64,000 nucleotides of DNA from an uncultured Eubacteriales bacterium (GTDB lineage: Bacteria > Bacillota > Clostridia > Christensenellales > UBA1242), in NCBI GenBank assembly GCA_902496015.1, contig CABUZJ010000002.1, positions 3,307 through 67,306 on the forward strand. Reading direction: 5' to 3'. The position numbers were made by a program, and so were the translations under genes. The notes beneath the pieces are model-generated. The model was not told the origin of the DNA. It did not search any database and saw nothing but the letters and a program-made list of their open reading frames with translations. Below, piece by piece: positions 18,473 through 31,090 of the stretch (position 1 is the stretch's first letter; every line of letters begins with the position of its first letter).

Positions 18473-19570
18473 ATGTTTGTTAAAAATTTAACAATTCAAA
18501 ATTTTAGAAATTATGAACATGCTAGTGTTAATTTTAGCAAACATATTAATTTAGTGGCTGGGCTCAATGGCCAAGGGAAAACCAATCTTGCAGAAGCTCT
18601 TGTGTTTGCTAGCCTTGCTAAAAGCCCTAGAACCCATCAGGACAAGGAATTAATTAAAAATAATTCTCAAGAAGCAAAGATTAATATAAAAGTTGAAAGA
18701 AAATTTGGTGAAATTAATATTGAATGCAACATTTCTAAAACTAATGAGAATAGTTTTCTTATAAATTATAACCCAGTTAAACGAATTAGCCAAGTGTTAG
18801 GAAATTTGGTTTGTGTTTATTTTTCACCGCAAGAACTTAAAATTGTAACTGGTGCACCTGCTGACAGAAGAGAGTTTTGCGACACAGATATTTCAATGTT
18901 AAGTGAAAATTATTATAATTTGTTAATTCGTTATGAAAGAGTGCTCGCACAGAGAAATAAATTACTTAAAACCGAAAAAGACCATGCTAAAATAATAGAC
19001 ACTATTTCGGTTTGGGATGAGCAACTAGCAAGTGTTGCTGCTCCAATTATTAAAACAAGAAGAGCATTTATTGCAAAGTTATTGCCATATGCAAAAAAAT
19101 ATTTAAGTGAAGTGAGTTCTAATAAAGAAGATTTAAACATTGAATATTGTGGCGTTAAAGGTGAAAATAAAGAAGAAATTAAAAGAAATATTTTGCGGGC
19201 ATTAGATGAAAGTTTGAGTAAAGATATGGAATTGGGGTACACAAGTGTGGGACCACATAGAGATGATGTTAAGTTTGAACTAAACCATCAAGATGCACGA
19301 ATGTTTTCTAGTCAAGGGCAAGCAAGAAGTATTGTGCTTGCGTTAAAACTTGCTGAAATGAAGATTATGGAGCAAGAACTTGGAGAAAAACCGATAATGA
19401 TATTTGATGATGTGTTTAGTGAACTTGATGGTTCTAGACAAAAAAAACTATATTCTTGCCTTGAAGATGCGCAGGCAATTTTCACTGGAACAACTTTTAA
19501 ATTTAAACCAAAAGATAGAGAATTTGTGCAAATTAAAGTTCATGCAGGCTCAATTAAAAGCATTAAATAA
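18473..19570 (+). CDS. recF: DNA replication/repair protein RecF
   Basis: MFVKNLTIQNFRNY, GLNGQGKTNL Walker A, SQGQARS signature, FDDVFSELD. Start moved to the ATG behind AAAGGAGAT. Confidence 0.9.
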   Translation: MFVKNLTIQNFRNYEHASVNFSKHINLVAGLNGQGKTNLAEALVFASLAKSPRTHQDKELIKNNSQEAKINIKVERKFGEINIECNISKTNENSFLINYNPVKRISQVLGNLVCVYFSPQELKIVTGAPADRREFCDTDISMLSENYYNLLIRYERVLAQRNKLLKTEKDHAKIIDTISVWDEQLASVAAPIIKTRRAFIAKLLPYAKKYLSEVSSNKEDLNIEYCGVKGENKEEIKRNILRALDESLSKDMELGYTSVGPHRDDVKFELNHQDARMFSSQGQARSIVLALKLAEMKIMEQELGEKPIMIFDDVFSELDGSRQKKLYSCLEDAQAIFTGTTFKFKPKDREFVQIKVHAGSIKSIK

Positions 19571-19697
19571 TAAGTTTAAATTGTTTTTAATGTTTTTAAA
19601 ACTAATTGAAAAAAGGATAATGAGTTGATCACTATCCTTTTTCAATTTTAAAATTAAAAGTTAATATTATTATTTTTTGTTAAAACATTAGATGCCA

Positions 19698-20441
19698 TTA
19701 ATTTATGTCATCATTTTTTTGCAAATTATTGTGTTTATTCCACTTAAATATTTTTACAATAGTCCATTCATTTTTTTGCAAGGTTATCATCTCGTAAACT
19801 ATTAATATTATGGTATATAAAATTAGATATAAAATTCCAACTAACCACCAAGTTAAATTTGTTCCACTTATTAATGGGGCATTAAGATACATGTTATTAG
19901 ACTGCCCAATAACAGAATTACCAAACACTGCAAAAACAACCATAAAAGCTAAACCAATGGGAAGAGATGACCAATTTTTAAAAGTAGGAACAAAATATCC
20001 TGTGATAATTGATAAAAGGAATAAAAATAACAAAATAGTATGATATAACAAACCCGTAAATGGATGAATGTTGAAAATACTATCAAAGTATACTAAAAAA
20101 TCGGGGTAAATAAATGTTAATAATCCGCCAATCATTCCAGCAAACATGGCATATTGAAAAATTTTTGTTTTGGGATTAAATAATAAAACAACAATAGGCA
20201 ATATAAACCCCATCATGCTACAATAAGTGTCTGGTATGAAATCTAAAAATGTGCCACTTCGAGATTTAGAAACAACAATTCTATTTATTATTATTAAAAT
20301 TAAACCTATGCCAGCGATAATTTTTATTACAATATACATTTTTTCTTTAGGTATGAATTTTTTGAACAATATTAATAAAGATATCATTATAATCAATGAT
20401 ATAACCATAAACAAAATATGTTCTATACCAAATACCGACAT
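19698..20441 (-). CDS. multi-pass membrane protein (247 aa)
   Basis: SD AGAGG. About 7 hydrophobic helices. Family not recognised with confidence. Confidence 0.55.
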   Translation of the reverse strand: MSVFGIEHILFMVISLIIMISLLILFKKFIPKEKMYIVIKIIAGIGLILIIINRIVVSKSRSGTFLDFIPDTYCSMMGFILPIVVLLFNPKTKIFQYAMFAGMIGGLLTFIYPDFLVYFDSIFNIHPFTGLLYHTILLFLFLLSIITGYFVPTFKNWSSLPIGLAFMVVFAVFGNSVIGQSNNMYLNAPLISGTNLTWWLVGILYLILYTIILIVYEMITLQKNEWTIVKIFKWNKHNNLQKNDDIN

Positions 20442-20694
20442 TTCAACCTCTTTAAATTATAATTTTAGAATTTTTAAATATAACAAAATTATTAAAAGTA
20501 ATAGAAAATAAAAGAATTAGAAATATAATAATCAATAATCTATTAATTCAATTATTTATAAAATAATTAAAGTTTAATCTTTATTTAAGCATTTTTTAAT
20601 TTTTTATTATAAAAAGTTTTCATTATATTAGAAAATAACAAATTTTACTAATTTAAGTAAAGTTTTATTATCTTAAAAATATGAATTTAATAGA

Positions 20695-21066
20695 TTATTT
20701 TTCTAAATTTTCAGTGTCGTTATGGCAGATTTGATTGTCAGCAATATCTTTTAGTTTTATAATGCCTAAATTAATCAAAACTTCTTTATGCATGAGTTTT
20801 GCTAAAGAATAACTTTTTCCATTGTCTTTGCATTTATATATTGACCTTTTTAACACACAAGGTAAATTATTAGTTTTATGGGTGCTTAGAGTTTGATTTG
20901 TTGATAAAATTCTAAAACTATCTTCATTGAGTTTTTCTGCAAAACACATCTCATTTTGATAACAATCACCATAAAACAATATATCGCTTAAATTTTTGAC
21001 ATCATTTAATTCTATTTGAACTAAATAAAGATTGCTTAATTTATAAGTTTGGTTAATTTTATTCAT
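20695..21066 (-). CDS. hypothetical protein (123 aa)
   Basis: SD AGGAG 6 nt upstream of the ATG. No motif recognised. Confidence 0.45.
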   Translation of the reverse strand: MNKINQTYKLSNLYLVQIELNDVKNLSDILFYGDCYQNEMCFAEKLNEDSFRILSTNQTLSTHKTNNLPCVLKRSIYKCKDNGKSYSLAKLMHKEVLINLGIIKLKDIADNQICHNDTENLEK

Positions 21067-21245
21067 AATTTACTCCTAAAATAAATATACTATACATTTT
21101 TATTTTTTTCAAGTTTAAAATAAAATTTTTAATTAGGATAATTTAATTTGATATTTATTTGTAGTTATAAAATAATGCTTTAATTTGTATATTCTTTAAC
21201 TTTGATAATATAAATAAATATTATATATAATATATATTAAAATGC

Positions 21246-21275
21246 TTGCTTAAAATTATAATTTTGTGCTATAAT
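21246..21275 (+). promoter_or_regulatory. gyrB promoter
   Basis: TTGCTT (21246-21251), 18 nt, TGcTATAAT (TG 21267-21268, hexamer 21270-21275). Confidence 0.55.
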
Positions 21276-21292
21276 TCTTTTATATTATTTAA

Positions 21293-23218
<1,926 letters not shown>

Positions 23219-23229
23219 GAGCCAGCACA

Positions 23230-23535
23230 ATGAGAAAAGATTTTATAGAGAGTTATAAGGAATTCTTAAATAATTGGGGTTATGAAGCACAAGCATTGAT
23301 GGCGATTGAAGAAATGAGCGAACTAACAAAAGAACTTAGCAAACAATATAGAAAACGAAAAGATTACAAAGAAGAAGATTTGATTGAAGAAATTGCTGAT
23401 GTGCTTAATATGGTGGAACAACTGGAATTTTATTTTGGAGAAGAAAAAGTAGAAAAGATTAGAGAAGAAAAAATTGAGCGAACTAAAAAGCGCTTGGAAA
23501 AATTTAAAGAGTTACAAGGAGAACAAAATGGCTAA
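23230..23535 (+). CDS. MazG-like nucleotide pyrophosphohydrolase family protein (101 aa)
   Basis: EEMSELTKE ... EEIADVLN fits the EExxE...ExxD MazG-type metal-binding pattern. SD AGGAG. The 3' end overlaps the gyrA start by 8 nt (ATGGCTAA). Confidence 0.55.
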   Translation: MRKDFIESYKEFLNNWGYEAQALMAIEEMSELTKELSKQYRKRKDYKEEDLIEEIADVLNMVEQLEFYFGEEKVEKIREEKIERTKKRLEKFKELQGEQNG

Positions 23536-26068
23536 AAGAAGAGATTATAGTGCTGAATACGAACAAATTGTGGATAACACAAAAATAATTCCAACAGACC
23601 TTGAAGATGAAATGAAAAAGTCGTTTATTGCCTATGCTATGGCAGTAAATATTAGCCGTGCTATTCCAGATGCAAGAGATGGACTTAAACCTGTTCATAG
23701 AAGAATACTTTATGCAATGAATGAATCGGGATTAACTTATGATAAGCCTTATAAAAAATGTGCTACAACGGTTGGAGATGTGCTAGGTAGGTATCATCCA
23801 CATGGTGATAGTTCTGTTTATGGTGCACTTGTTAGACTTGCACAAGATTTTTCAATAAGATATACCTTAGTTGATGGCCATGGTAACTTTGGTTCAGTTG
23901 ATGGTGATCCACCTGCTGCTTATCGTTATACAGAAGCAAGATTATCTAAACTTGCAAATGAAATGCTTAGAGATATAGATAAGGAAACAGTAGATTTTAT
24001 TCCAAACTTTGATGAAAGTAGAAAACAACCAGTTGTATTGCCATCAAGATTTCCTAATTTGCTTGTTAATGGGTCAGACGGCATTGCGGTGGGAATGGCA
24101 ACTAATATTCCACCACATAATTTAAATGAAGTTTGTGATGCAATTATTGCGCAAATTAAAAATCCAGAAATAACTATTGACGAATTACTGGAAATTATGC
24201 CAGCACCAGATTATCCAACCGGTGGTGTGGTTATGGGTAAAGCCGCATTAAGAAATGCTTATTTTACGGGTCGTGGTGGAGTTGTGGTGCGTGCTAAGAC
24301 CGAAATTGAGCAAACTGATAAACATAATAGAATAATTATTGATGAGATACCTTATCAGGTTAACAAAAGTGAACTTATTATATCTATGGCAGACCTTGTT
24401 AAAAATAAAAAAATAGAGGGTATTGCCGATATTAAAGATGAATCTGATAGAAAGGGAATGAGAATTGTTATTGATGTTAAAAAAGATGCTCAACCACAAG
24501 TAGTTTTGAATTATTTATTTAAACACACTGCATTGCAAACAGGCTTTGGCATAAACTTTTTGGCATTAGTTGACGGACAACCAAAAACATTAAACTTGAA
24601 GCAATTGCTTAAAGTTTATATAGACCATCAAAAAGATGTGGTTTTAAGAAAAACCAAATATGAATTAGCTAGAGCACAAGAAAGGGCACATATTTTAGAA
24701 GGATTGGTTGTGGCACTTGCAAACATTGATGAAGTTATAGCAACAATTAAGGCATCAAAAGACAGAGTTGAAGCATCTAGTAAACTTATTGAGCGTTTTA
24801 TGCTTAGTGAAATTCAAGCTAATGCAATTCTTGATATGAGATTACAAAGACTAACAAGCCTTGAAGTTGAAAAGTTAAACGAAGAACTTAAAGGAATAAT
24901 AGATGTTATTGCAGATTTGAAAGGCATTATTGCCAGCGAACAAAGAGTGTTAGATATAATTGTTGCCGATTTAACAGATATTAAAGAGCGATTTGGAGAT
25001 GAAAGGCGAAGTGAAATTTGTCAAGATGTTAGCGATATAGATATTGCTGACCTTATAGCAAAAGAAGATGTGGTTATAAGTATGACTCATTTTGGCTATA
25101 TAAAAAGAATACCTGTTAGCGAATATAAATCTCAACATAGAGGCGGAATGGGCGTAACTGGACATAAGCCAAAAGAAGAAGACTTTGTTGAAAGCATGTT
25201 TATTTCAAACACCCATGACGACATATTGTTCTTTACTAATTATGGTAAAGTTTATTGCACAAAAGCTTATGAAATACCAGAAGCACAAAAAACAGCAAGG
25301 GGAAGAGCAATTGTTAATTTATTAGAACTTGATAAAGATGAAAAAGTGGAAACAATTATTCCGCTTACCGATCGAAGTGAAGGCTATTTAGTTATTGCAA
25401 CAAAGAGAGGAATGATAAAGAAAACCGCTTTAAGTGAATATCAAAACATTAGAAAAAGTGGAAAGATTGCAATTAGTTTAAATGAAGGAGATTCATTAAT
25501 TGGAGTTGCTGTAACTAATGGTAACGACGAAATAATGATTGCATCTAGACAAGGTAAATGCATAAGATTTAATGAAAAAACAGTAAGAAAAACAGGCAGA
25601 GATTCAATGGGTGTTCGTGCAATGAGCCTTGAAGGCAAAGATTATATGGTTGATATGATTGTTTTAAAGCCTGGTAACGATATTTTAACTATAACAGAAA
25701 ATGCCTTTGGTAAGAGAACTGACCCAGAAGAATATAGAATTCAAGGAAGAAACGGGAAAGGTGTTAAAGCGGGAATAATTAACGAAAAAACCGGTGAAAT
25801 AGTTAACCTTAAACAAGTGAACGACAATGACGATGTTATGATTATAGCAGATAATGGTGTAATTATTAGAGTGCCAGCAAAAACAATTTCAAAGGTTGGA
25901 AGAAACACTCAAGGCGTAAGAATAATGAAACTTAAAAATGATGCAAAAGTTATGAGTGTAGCCATTGCAGATAGCATTGCAGAAGACATGACCGAAGATG
26001 GTGGAGAAACCTTAGAAATTGCTGAAACCGTTGATCTTAATACTCCTAACGACGAAGAAGATGTATAA
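23528..26068 (+). CDS. gyrA: DNA gyrase subunit A
   Basis: [34 protein letters not shown] (catalytic Tyr). C-terminal beta-pinwheel and acidic tail. Start moved to MAKRRDY behind AAGGAGAA. Confidence 0.97.
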   Translation: MAKRRDYSAEYEQIVDNTKIIPTDLEDEMKKSFIAYAMAVNISRAIPDARDGLKPVHRRILYAMNESGLTYDKPYKKCATTVGDVLGRYHPHGDSSVYGALVRLAQDFSIRYTLVDGHGNFGSVDGDPPAAYRYTEARLSKLANEMLRDIDKETVDFIPNFDESRKQPVVLPSRFPNLLVNGSDGIAVGMATNIPPHNLNEVCDAIIAQIKNPEITIDELLEIMPAPDYPTGGVVMGKAALRNAYFTGRGGVVVRAKTEIEQTDKHNRIIIDEIPYQVNKSELIISMADLVKNKKIEGIADIKDESDRKGMRIVIDVKKDAQPQVVLNYLFKHTALQTGFGINFLALVDGQPKTLNLKQLLKVYIDHQKDVVLRKTKYELARAQERAHILEGLVVALANIDEVIATIKASKDRVEASSKLIERFMLSEIQANAILDMRLQRLTSLEVEKLNEELKGIIDVIADLKGIIASEQRVLDIIVADLTDIKERFGDERRSEICQDVSDIDIADLIAKEDVVISMTHFGYIKRIPVSEYKSQHRGGMGVTGHKPKEEDFVESMFISNTHDDILFFTNYGKVYCTKAYEIPEAQKTARGRAIVNLLELDKDEKVETIIPLTDRSEGYLVIATKRGMIKKTALSEYQNIRKSGKIAISLNEGDSLIGVAVTNGNDEIMIASRQGKCIRFNEKTVRKTGRDSMGVRAMSLEGKDYMVDMIVLKPGNDILTITENAFGKRTDPEEYRIQGRNGKGVKAGIINEKTGEIVNLKQVNDNDDVMIIADNGVIIRVPAKTISKVGRNTQGVRIMKLKNDAKVMSVAIADSIAEDMTEDGGETLEIAETVDLNTPNDEEDV

Positions 26069-26111
26069 TTTAATGTAATTTTACTAATCAAATAATAAAT
26101 TTTGCAGATTA

Positions 26112-26144
26112 TTAACAAAGAATTAACAAAAGGTTAACAAAAAT
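26112..26144 (+). repeat. three tandem 11-bp units TTAACAAA-NNN
   Basis: TTAACAAAGAA / TTAACAAAAGG / TTAACAAAAAT start at 26112, 26123 and 26134. That is one helical turn apart, in the gyrA 3' intergenic region. Confidence 0.7.
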
Positions 26145-26173
26145 ATGTAAAAAAATGCAAAAATTATAAAAAA

Positions 26174-26208
26174 ATCGCAAAAATATAATCTATTTTTGCG
26201 ATTTTTTT
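26174..26208. terminator. bidirectional intrinsic terminator
   Basis: 12-bp stem ATCGCAAAAATA (26174-26185) / TATTTTTGCGAT (26191-26202), followed by a T-run. Confidence 0.7.
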
Positions 26209-26209
26209 A

Positions 26210-26899
26210 TTATTTAGATAAAATATTTTCTTCTGCTAGGTTTTTTGTTAAGTAAATAGATTTATTAGGGGTTAAATAACAAACCTTAGGTTCAAGCCCA
26301 ACATGATTAGCCATAACTTTTATAGAATTATATACTTTTTTTGTAAAATAATAGTGTTGCCACTCGTCAAGATTGAAGCCATTGGCTGTGAATATGTTTA
26401 CTAAAAATTCTCTATCATTTTTATCTAATATAACATTATTAATGTTTGACATTTGTCTCATGCCTAAAACGGTGTTACCATATGGTAAAACTCTTTGTTT
26501 AGTGATATCTAATTTATCTGCAAGCACAAGTATTTTAGAAATAACCGTTGAATTTTCATTGCTTTCACCATGATATAAAATTGCAGAGTAAATTTTGTTT
26601 TTTTGTTCTTCTGTTAAATCTGTAAAAGATAAATAATCTTTGGCAAAGTTGAAACTTCTTAAATTATGACCATTTTTTCCCAAAATTGCACCAACATCGT
26701 GTAATGCGCAGGCTATTAAGCACTCGTTTTTTTCTTTTGTTGGTAGATTTAAAACATTGTAAATTTGATTAGCATATTCAACCACTCTGTGGATATGGCT
26801 TAGTCCGTGTGTTGACCATGGGTTAGGTTCAAATTTATCTACTTTATTATAAATTTGCTGTATGAACTTATCATCTAATATTTGCTTATATGAAAACAT
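26210..26899 (-). CDS. HD-domain phosphohydrolase
   Basis: HGLSHIHRV ... CALHDVG is an H...HD motif. Start moved to the ATG behind GGAGG. Confidence 0.7.
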   Translation of the reverse strand: MFSYKQILDDKFIQQIYNKVDKFEPNPWSTHGLSHIHRVVEYANQIYNVLNLPTKEKNECLIACALHDVGAILGKNGHNLRSFNFAKDYLSFTDLTEEQKNKIYSAILYHGESNENSTVISKILVLADKLDITKQRVLPYGNTVLGMRQMSNINNVILDKNDREFLVNIFTANGFNLDEWQHYYFTKKVYNSIKVMANHVGLEPKVCYLTPNKSIYLTKNLAEENILSK

Positions 26900-27039
26900 A
26901 AATTCCTCCATTTATAAAATATATTAACTAAACCATTGAAATATGATTAAAAAATAAAAAATATGGTTATAATTATATAATTTAATAGACGCAATTTTTG
27001 TTATGTGCTATACTTACATATAAACAGAAGAGGGTTTAA

Positions 27040-28200
27040 ATGAAAAAGAAGAAGATTTTAGTAACATTTATAGAGTCTGGATTTGGACATATAACAAGTG
27101 CTCAATCTATATCTGACAGTTTAAAGAAAAAATATGAAAATAATTTTGAAATTGAAAATTGCTATATAATGCATGATAGTAAACGAACTGAGCAATTTGA
27201 AAAGTTTTTAACACTTGCCACAAAAACAACAAATAAAGTTCATGGTTTTGGTTTTTTTATTTTTTCCTTTATGGAACTTTGTGGTGGTCAAAAGTTTTTA
27301 AGATTTACACATAAAACTTTTTTTAAAACCTATGTTAAGGCAACTCTTGATGCCTTTTTAAAGCACAACCCAGATGTTATTGTTAGCACTCATTATTTTT
27401 TAACATATTGTGCCAATGAATATTGCAAAAAACATAACAAGAATTGTTTAATAATAACCTATAATCCAGATAATAATGTTCATTGCTGGTGGGACGACAG
27501 GGCAGGCATTTTTATAACAAACAATGGCAATGCAACAAATGAGGCAATTAACAAGCGCAAATTTAAAGAAGAAAATGTTAAAACTGTTAGTTTTACATGC
27601 AGAAAAGAACTTTTAAATTGCAATGAAAGCAAAGAGTTTTATAGAAAGAAATATAACATAGATAAAGATACTTTTTGCGTTATAGTGGCAGATGGCGGTT
27701 ATGCGTTAGGTAAATGTAAAAAGGTTACAAATGAGTTGTTAAAAACCAAGAAAAAACTTACAATTATTTCGATTGCAGGCAAAAATGAAAAAATATATAA
27801 TTATTTTATTAAGAAAAATGTTAATAATAACATTAAATTTTTGCCAATGCAATTTGTGCCCGAAATTTATGAGTTATATAAAGCGGCAGATTTGTTTATA
27901 ACCAAGGCTGGACCAAATTCAATTTTGGATTGTGTGTTTATGAATACTCCAATTTTAGTTGATTATTATCCTCACCCAATTGAAAAGTCGACTAAAAAAT
28001 TATTTATAGACAAACTAAATTGTGGACTTTATATTTCTAGCCCTAAAAAGATTAGGAAAATGGTTGAGTTATTTATAGATTCACCAAATTTATTAGACCC
28101 ATTTATTGAAAATACTTATAAAATTAATAAATTTAACAACGGTGCTGATGAAGTGGCAGATATAATTTATAATGCAGTGAGAGAAAACAATGAAGCGTAA
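27040..28200 (+). CDS. MGDG-synthase/UgtP-like glycolipid glycosyltransferase (GT28-type)
   Basis: N-terminal KILVTFIESGFGHITSAQSI. C-terminal ADLFITKAGPNSILD resembles the GT-B nucleotide-sugar site. Confidence 0.7.
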   Translation: MKKKKILVTFIESGFGHITSAQSISDSLKKKYENNFEIENCYIMHDSKRTEQFEKFLTLATKTTNKVHGFGFFIFSFMELCGGQKFLRFTHKTFFKTYVKATLDAFLKHNPDVIVSTHYFLTYCANEYCKKHNKNCLIITYNPDNNVHCWWDDRAGIFITNNGNATNEAINKRKFKEENVKTVSFTCRKELLNCNESKEFYRKKYNIDKDTFCVIVADGGYALGKCKKVTNELLKTKKKLTIISIAGKNEKIYNYFIKKNVNNNIKFLPMQFVPEIYELYKAADLFITKAGPNSILDCVFMNTPILVDYYPHPIEKSTKKLFIDKLNCGLYISSPKKIRKMVELFIDSPNLLDPFIENTYKINKFNNGADEVADIIYNAVRENNEA

Positions 28201-28990
28201 TGTATATTGGGAAAAACTTAAAAAGTTAGAGCAAGAAAAAAAATATGATGTTGATATTAATGCTGGCGAATATAAATATTCAAAAGAAGTTAAATCTAAT
28301 CAAAAATACATTTATAATAGTTTTTGGAATAATGTTTATTATTATTTTTTAAGAGTGTTTATATTTATATTAGGACCAATATTAAATTTTATTGTTTATG
28401 ATTTGCGAATTAGGGGTAAAAAAAATTTAAGGAATGTTAAAAAAGGCATAGTTATTTCAAACCATGTAACTTTTTTAGAAAGTTTAATCATAAATCAGGT
28501 GGTTTTAAGAAGAATTTATTTGGCTGGCGGTGCACATAATAACAAAAAGGGATTAGGGGGTTACACGCTTAAAATTTTGGGATTTTTGCCAATATCTAAT
28601 ATCTATTCTAATCAAAAGAAACTTGGTGAAGCAATTGAATATTATTTAAACAAAGGCAAGTTAATTGGTTTCGACCCAGAGCAAGCGATGTGGCGTGGTT
28701 ATGATAAAATTAGACCTTTTAAAAATGGAGCCTTTTATTATGCAATAAAAAATGATGCGCCAATTATTCCCATGGTGCAACTGATTAGAAAAGTCAATTT
28801 TCTTGATAAATTAATTGGGAGAAAATTTAAAGTAGTCGTTAAGGTTCTTCCACCTATTTATGCAAATAAATCGTTAGATGAAAAAAAACAAATTGAAGAT
28901 TTAAAAGAGCGAGCAAGGCAAGCAATGATTGAATGTGCTAATCAGTTTTATGGCACTGAAACTGATGTATTAAAAATAAATAAAAACTAA
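28190..28990 (+). CDS. lysophospholipid (PlsC-like) acyltransferase family protein
   Basis: VISNHVTFLES (HX4E variant of the HX4D motif) and PEQAMW/PFKNGAFY blocks. It overlaps the GT gene by 11 nt. Confidence 0.55.
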   Translation: MKRNVYWEKLKKLEQEKKYDVDINAGEYKYSKEVKSNQKYIYNSFWNNVYYYFLRVFIFILGPILNFIVYDLRIRGKKNLRNVKKGIVISNHVTFLESLIINQVVLRRIYLAGGAHNNKKGLGGYTLKILGFLPISNIYSNQKKLGEAIEYYLNKGKLIGFDPEQAMWRGYDKIRPFKNGAFYYAIKNDAPIIPMVQLIRKVNFLDKLIGRKFKVVVKVLPPIYANKSLDEKKQIEDLKERARQAMIECANQFYGTETDVLKINKN

Positions 28991-29017
28991 AAAAAAGGCT
29001 ATATTTTAGCCTTTTTT
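28991..29017. terminator. bidirectional intrinsic terminator
   Basis: AAAAGGCTA (28993-29001) / TAGCCTTTT (29007-29015), between convergent genes. Confidence 0.6.
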
Positions 29018-29613
29018 GATATTGAAACTAGGTTATTTTCATTTTGCTTTTTAATTTTTTCTTTATAGCAAAAATAACACATTGCTTCATATTTATCTTC
29101 TGCGCCAAGTTCAATTTCGTTGCCGTCAGTAACTATTTTTCCATTACATAATCTTGCATTAATGGTTGCTTTTTTCCCACATCTGCAAACTGCTTTTATT
29201 TCATGAATTTCATCTGCTAATTCAATTAGGCGTTTACTTGCTTCAAATAATTCACTTTTAAAATTTATTAGCAATCCATAACACAAGCAATCATATTTCA
29301 AACTTAAATCTTTTAATTGTTCTATTTGATTCTTTGTGCAAAATTGACATTCGTCAATGATTATGATTTTTAATGGTTTATCATTAAAGTTTTCATTACA
29401 GATTTTAATTAAATCATCTTGTTTTGAAAAGTCTATGCAATCTGCGCTAAGTCCAATTCTTGCAATAACCTTGTTCTTGCCATTTTCATATCTTGTGTCA
29501 ATTTCGGGTTTTAATAGCAACACATCAAAATCTTTTTGCAAATAATTAAAACGGGTCATTAATGCTTGAGCCGTTTTAGATGAATTCATTGTCCCATAAT
29601 AGAATGTTAACAT
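28999..29613 (-). CDS. tdk: thymidine kinase
   Basis: YGTMNSSKTAQ P-loop, IIIDECQF, and a C-terminal zinc ribbon (CRCGKKA...CYFC). Confidence 0.9.
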   Translation of the reverse strand: MLTFYYGTMNSSKTAQALMTRFNYLQKDFDVLLLKPEIDTRYENGKNKVIARIGLSADCIDFSKQDDLIKICNENFNDKPLKIIIIDECQFCTKNQIEQLKDLSLKYDCLCYGLLINFKSELFEASKRLIELADEIHEIKAVCRCGKKATINARLCNGKIVTDGNEIELGAEDKYEAMCYFCYKEKIKKQNENNLVSISKKAKI

Positions 29614-29624
29614 AATATTTTTCC

Positions 29625-30227
29625 TTAGTTTAGTTGATGTTTACCATAAAGCGATAAATCGCTAATTGAAAATGTTGTGTTATTATTATAACCATCGGTT
29701 ATATAAATTTCATAATTCGTAAGTTCAAAAATAATATAAGTATTTGCTGCTGACAGCTCAAATATATCATTGATTTCAATTATGTATTGATGTGCTTTAT
29801 GTGCTTTTTGTTCACAAACAACTTTAAAAGTTTTCGTTTTAACGCCCATCGCCCCATCAAGTTTTCCATCTTTAAGATTAGTTATTATTATATTAAATTC
29901 AAGGTTTACATTAGCATTAGTTTCAATAGTGAAAGCAAACTTTTCAAGTTTTAATAAATATAGCCATTCACTTGAAAGTTTCACTGTTGCTTTTAAATAT
30001 TGTCTTTTTATTTTATTAGAGCCAATAAAATCGGTTGACGGGGTAGTTGTTTCAGTTGTGTTTGTAATTGTTGTAAAACTAGAATTCGGTAAAGCATAAT
30101 AATTATTCATATTCAATTTATTATCACTAGAACAACCTGTGAAAATTAAAAAAATCAAACCTAAAATTATAGTGCAACATAAATTTGCACTAATTTTTGC
30201 AATTTTAGCTAAATTAAATTTCTTCAT
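29625..30227 (-). CDS. putative lipoprotein
   Basis: Start moved to MKKFNLAKI.... Lipobox LIFTGC follows a hydrophobic segment. Confidence 0.5.
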   Translation of the reverse strand: MKKFNLAKIAKISANLCCTIILGLIFLIFTGCSSDNKLNMNNYYALPNSSFTTITNTTETTTPSTDFIGSNKIKRQYLKATVKLSSEWLYLLKLEKFAFTIETNANVNLEFNIIITNLKDGKLDGAMGVKTKTFKVVCEQKAHKAHQYIIEINDIFELSAANTYIIFELTNYEIYITDGYNNNTTFSISDLSLYGKHQLN

Positions 30228-31074
30228 TACCATCATTAATATATAAAAGACCCAATGTTCCTTTCCCACAATGACTAGTTATTGTGGCGCCAGCAATTGT
30301 TTGAATCACTTCTTTAAAAATATTTTTTGATTTAACATAATTAACAATTTCTTGGGCGATTTCAGGTTCTATGCTAGAATGAGTTACAAAAGCACGGGTT
30401 CTATCAGGTTTGTTAAATTCCTTTAAAACGTTGTCGACATATTCTTTTAAAACAGGAAGCATTTTTCCTCTTGGTTTTCCATAAGGGATCATACTGCCAT
30501 CAACAACTTGGATTCTAGGTTTGATTTTTAAAAGATTTGCACCAATCATAGCAATACCAGAACATCTCCCACCACGATATAGATATTCAGTGTCTTGAAT
30601 TATGAAACTTGCTTGCACAAAAGGAACTCTTTTTGTTATGGTTTCAACAATTTCTTCGGTGCTATGACCTGATTCAACCATATCGCTTGCCGCTAACACT
30701 AATAAACCTGTGCCCGTTGAAAGATTTTTTCCGTCTATTACATGCACTTTTCCAACAAAAGATGCAGCCGCTTGTAAACTTTGGTTGTATTGTGTTGAAA
30801 GTTTGCTAGATAATCCAATGTGAATAATCTCATCACATTCTTTTAAATTTTCTTTAAAAAATTTTGCAAATTGTTCTTCCGAAAGAGCAGAAGTTTTAGG
30901 CAATTTTTTATTTAACTTTACATATTCAAAAATGTCATTAGGAGTGATATTTACTCCATCTAAATATTCATTATTACCTAAGCACACATTAATGGGAATT
31001 TTTTTAATATTTCTTTTGGTTAAAATTTCTTGTGATAAGTCGCAAGAACTATCTGTTGTTATTAAAATTTTCAT
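30214..31074 (-). CDS. DegV family fatty-acid-binding protein (third paralog)
   Basis: KILITTDSSCDL, PKTSALS, YLYRGGRCS. SD AAAGGAGAA. Confidence 0.85.
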   Translation of the reverse strand: MKILITTDSSCDLSQEILTKRNIKKIPINVCLGNNEYLDGVNITPNDIFEYVKLNKKLPKTSALSEEQFAKFFKENLKECDEIIHIGLSSKLSTQYNQSLQAAASFVGKVHVIDGKNLSTGTGLLVLAASDMVESGHSTEEIVETITKRVPFVQASFIIQDTEYLYRGGRCSGIAMIGANLLKIKPRIQVVDGSMIPYGKPRGKMLPVLKEYVDNVLKEFNKPDRTRAFVTHSSIEPEIAQEIVNYVKSKNIFKEVIQTIAGATITSHCGKGTLGLLYINDGNEEI

Positions 31075-31090
31075 ATGTGTTCTCCTTTAT

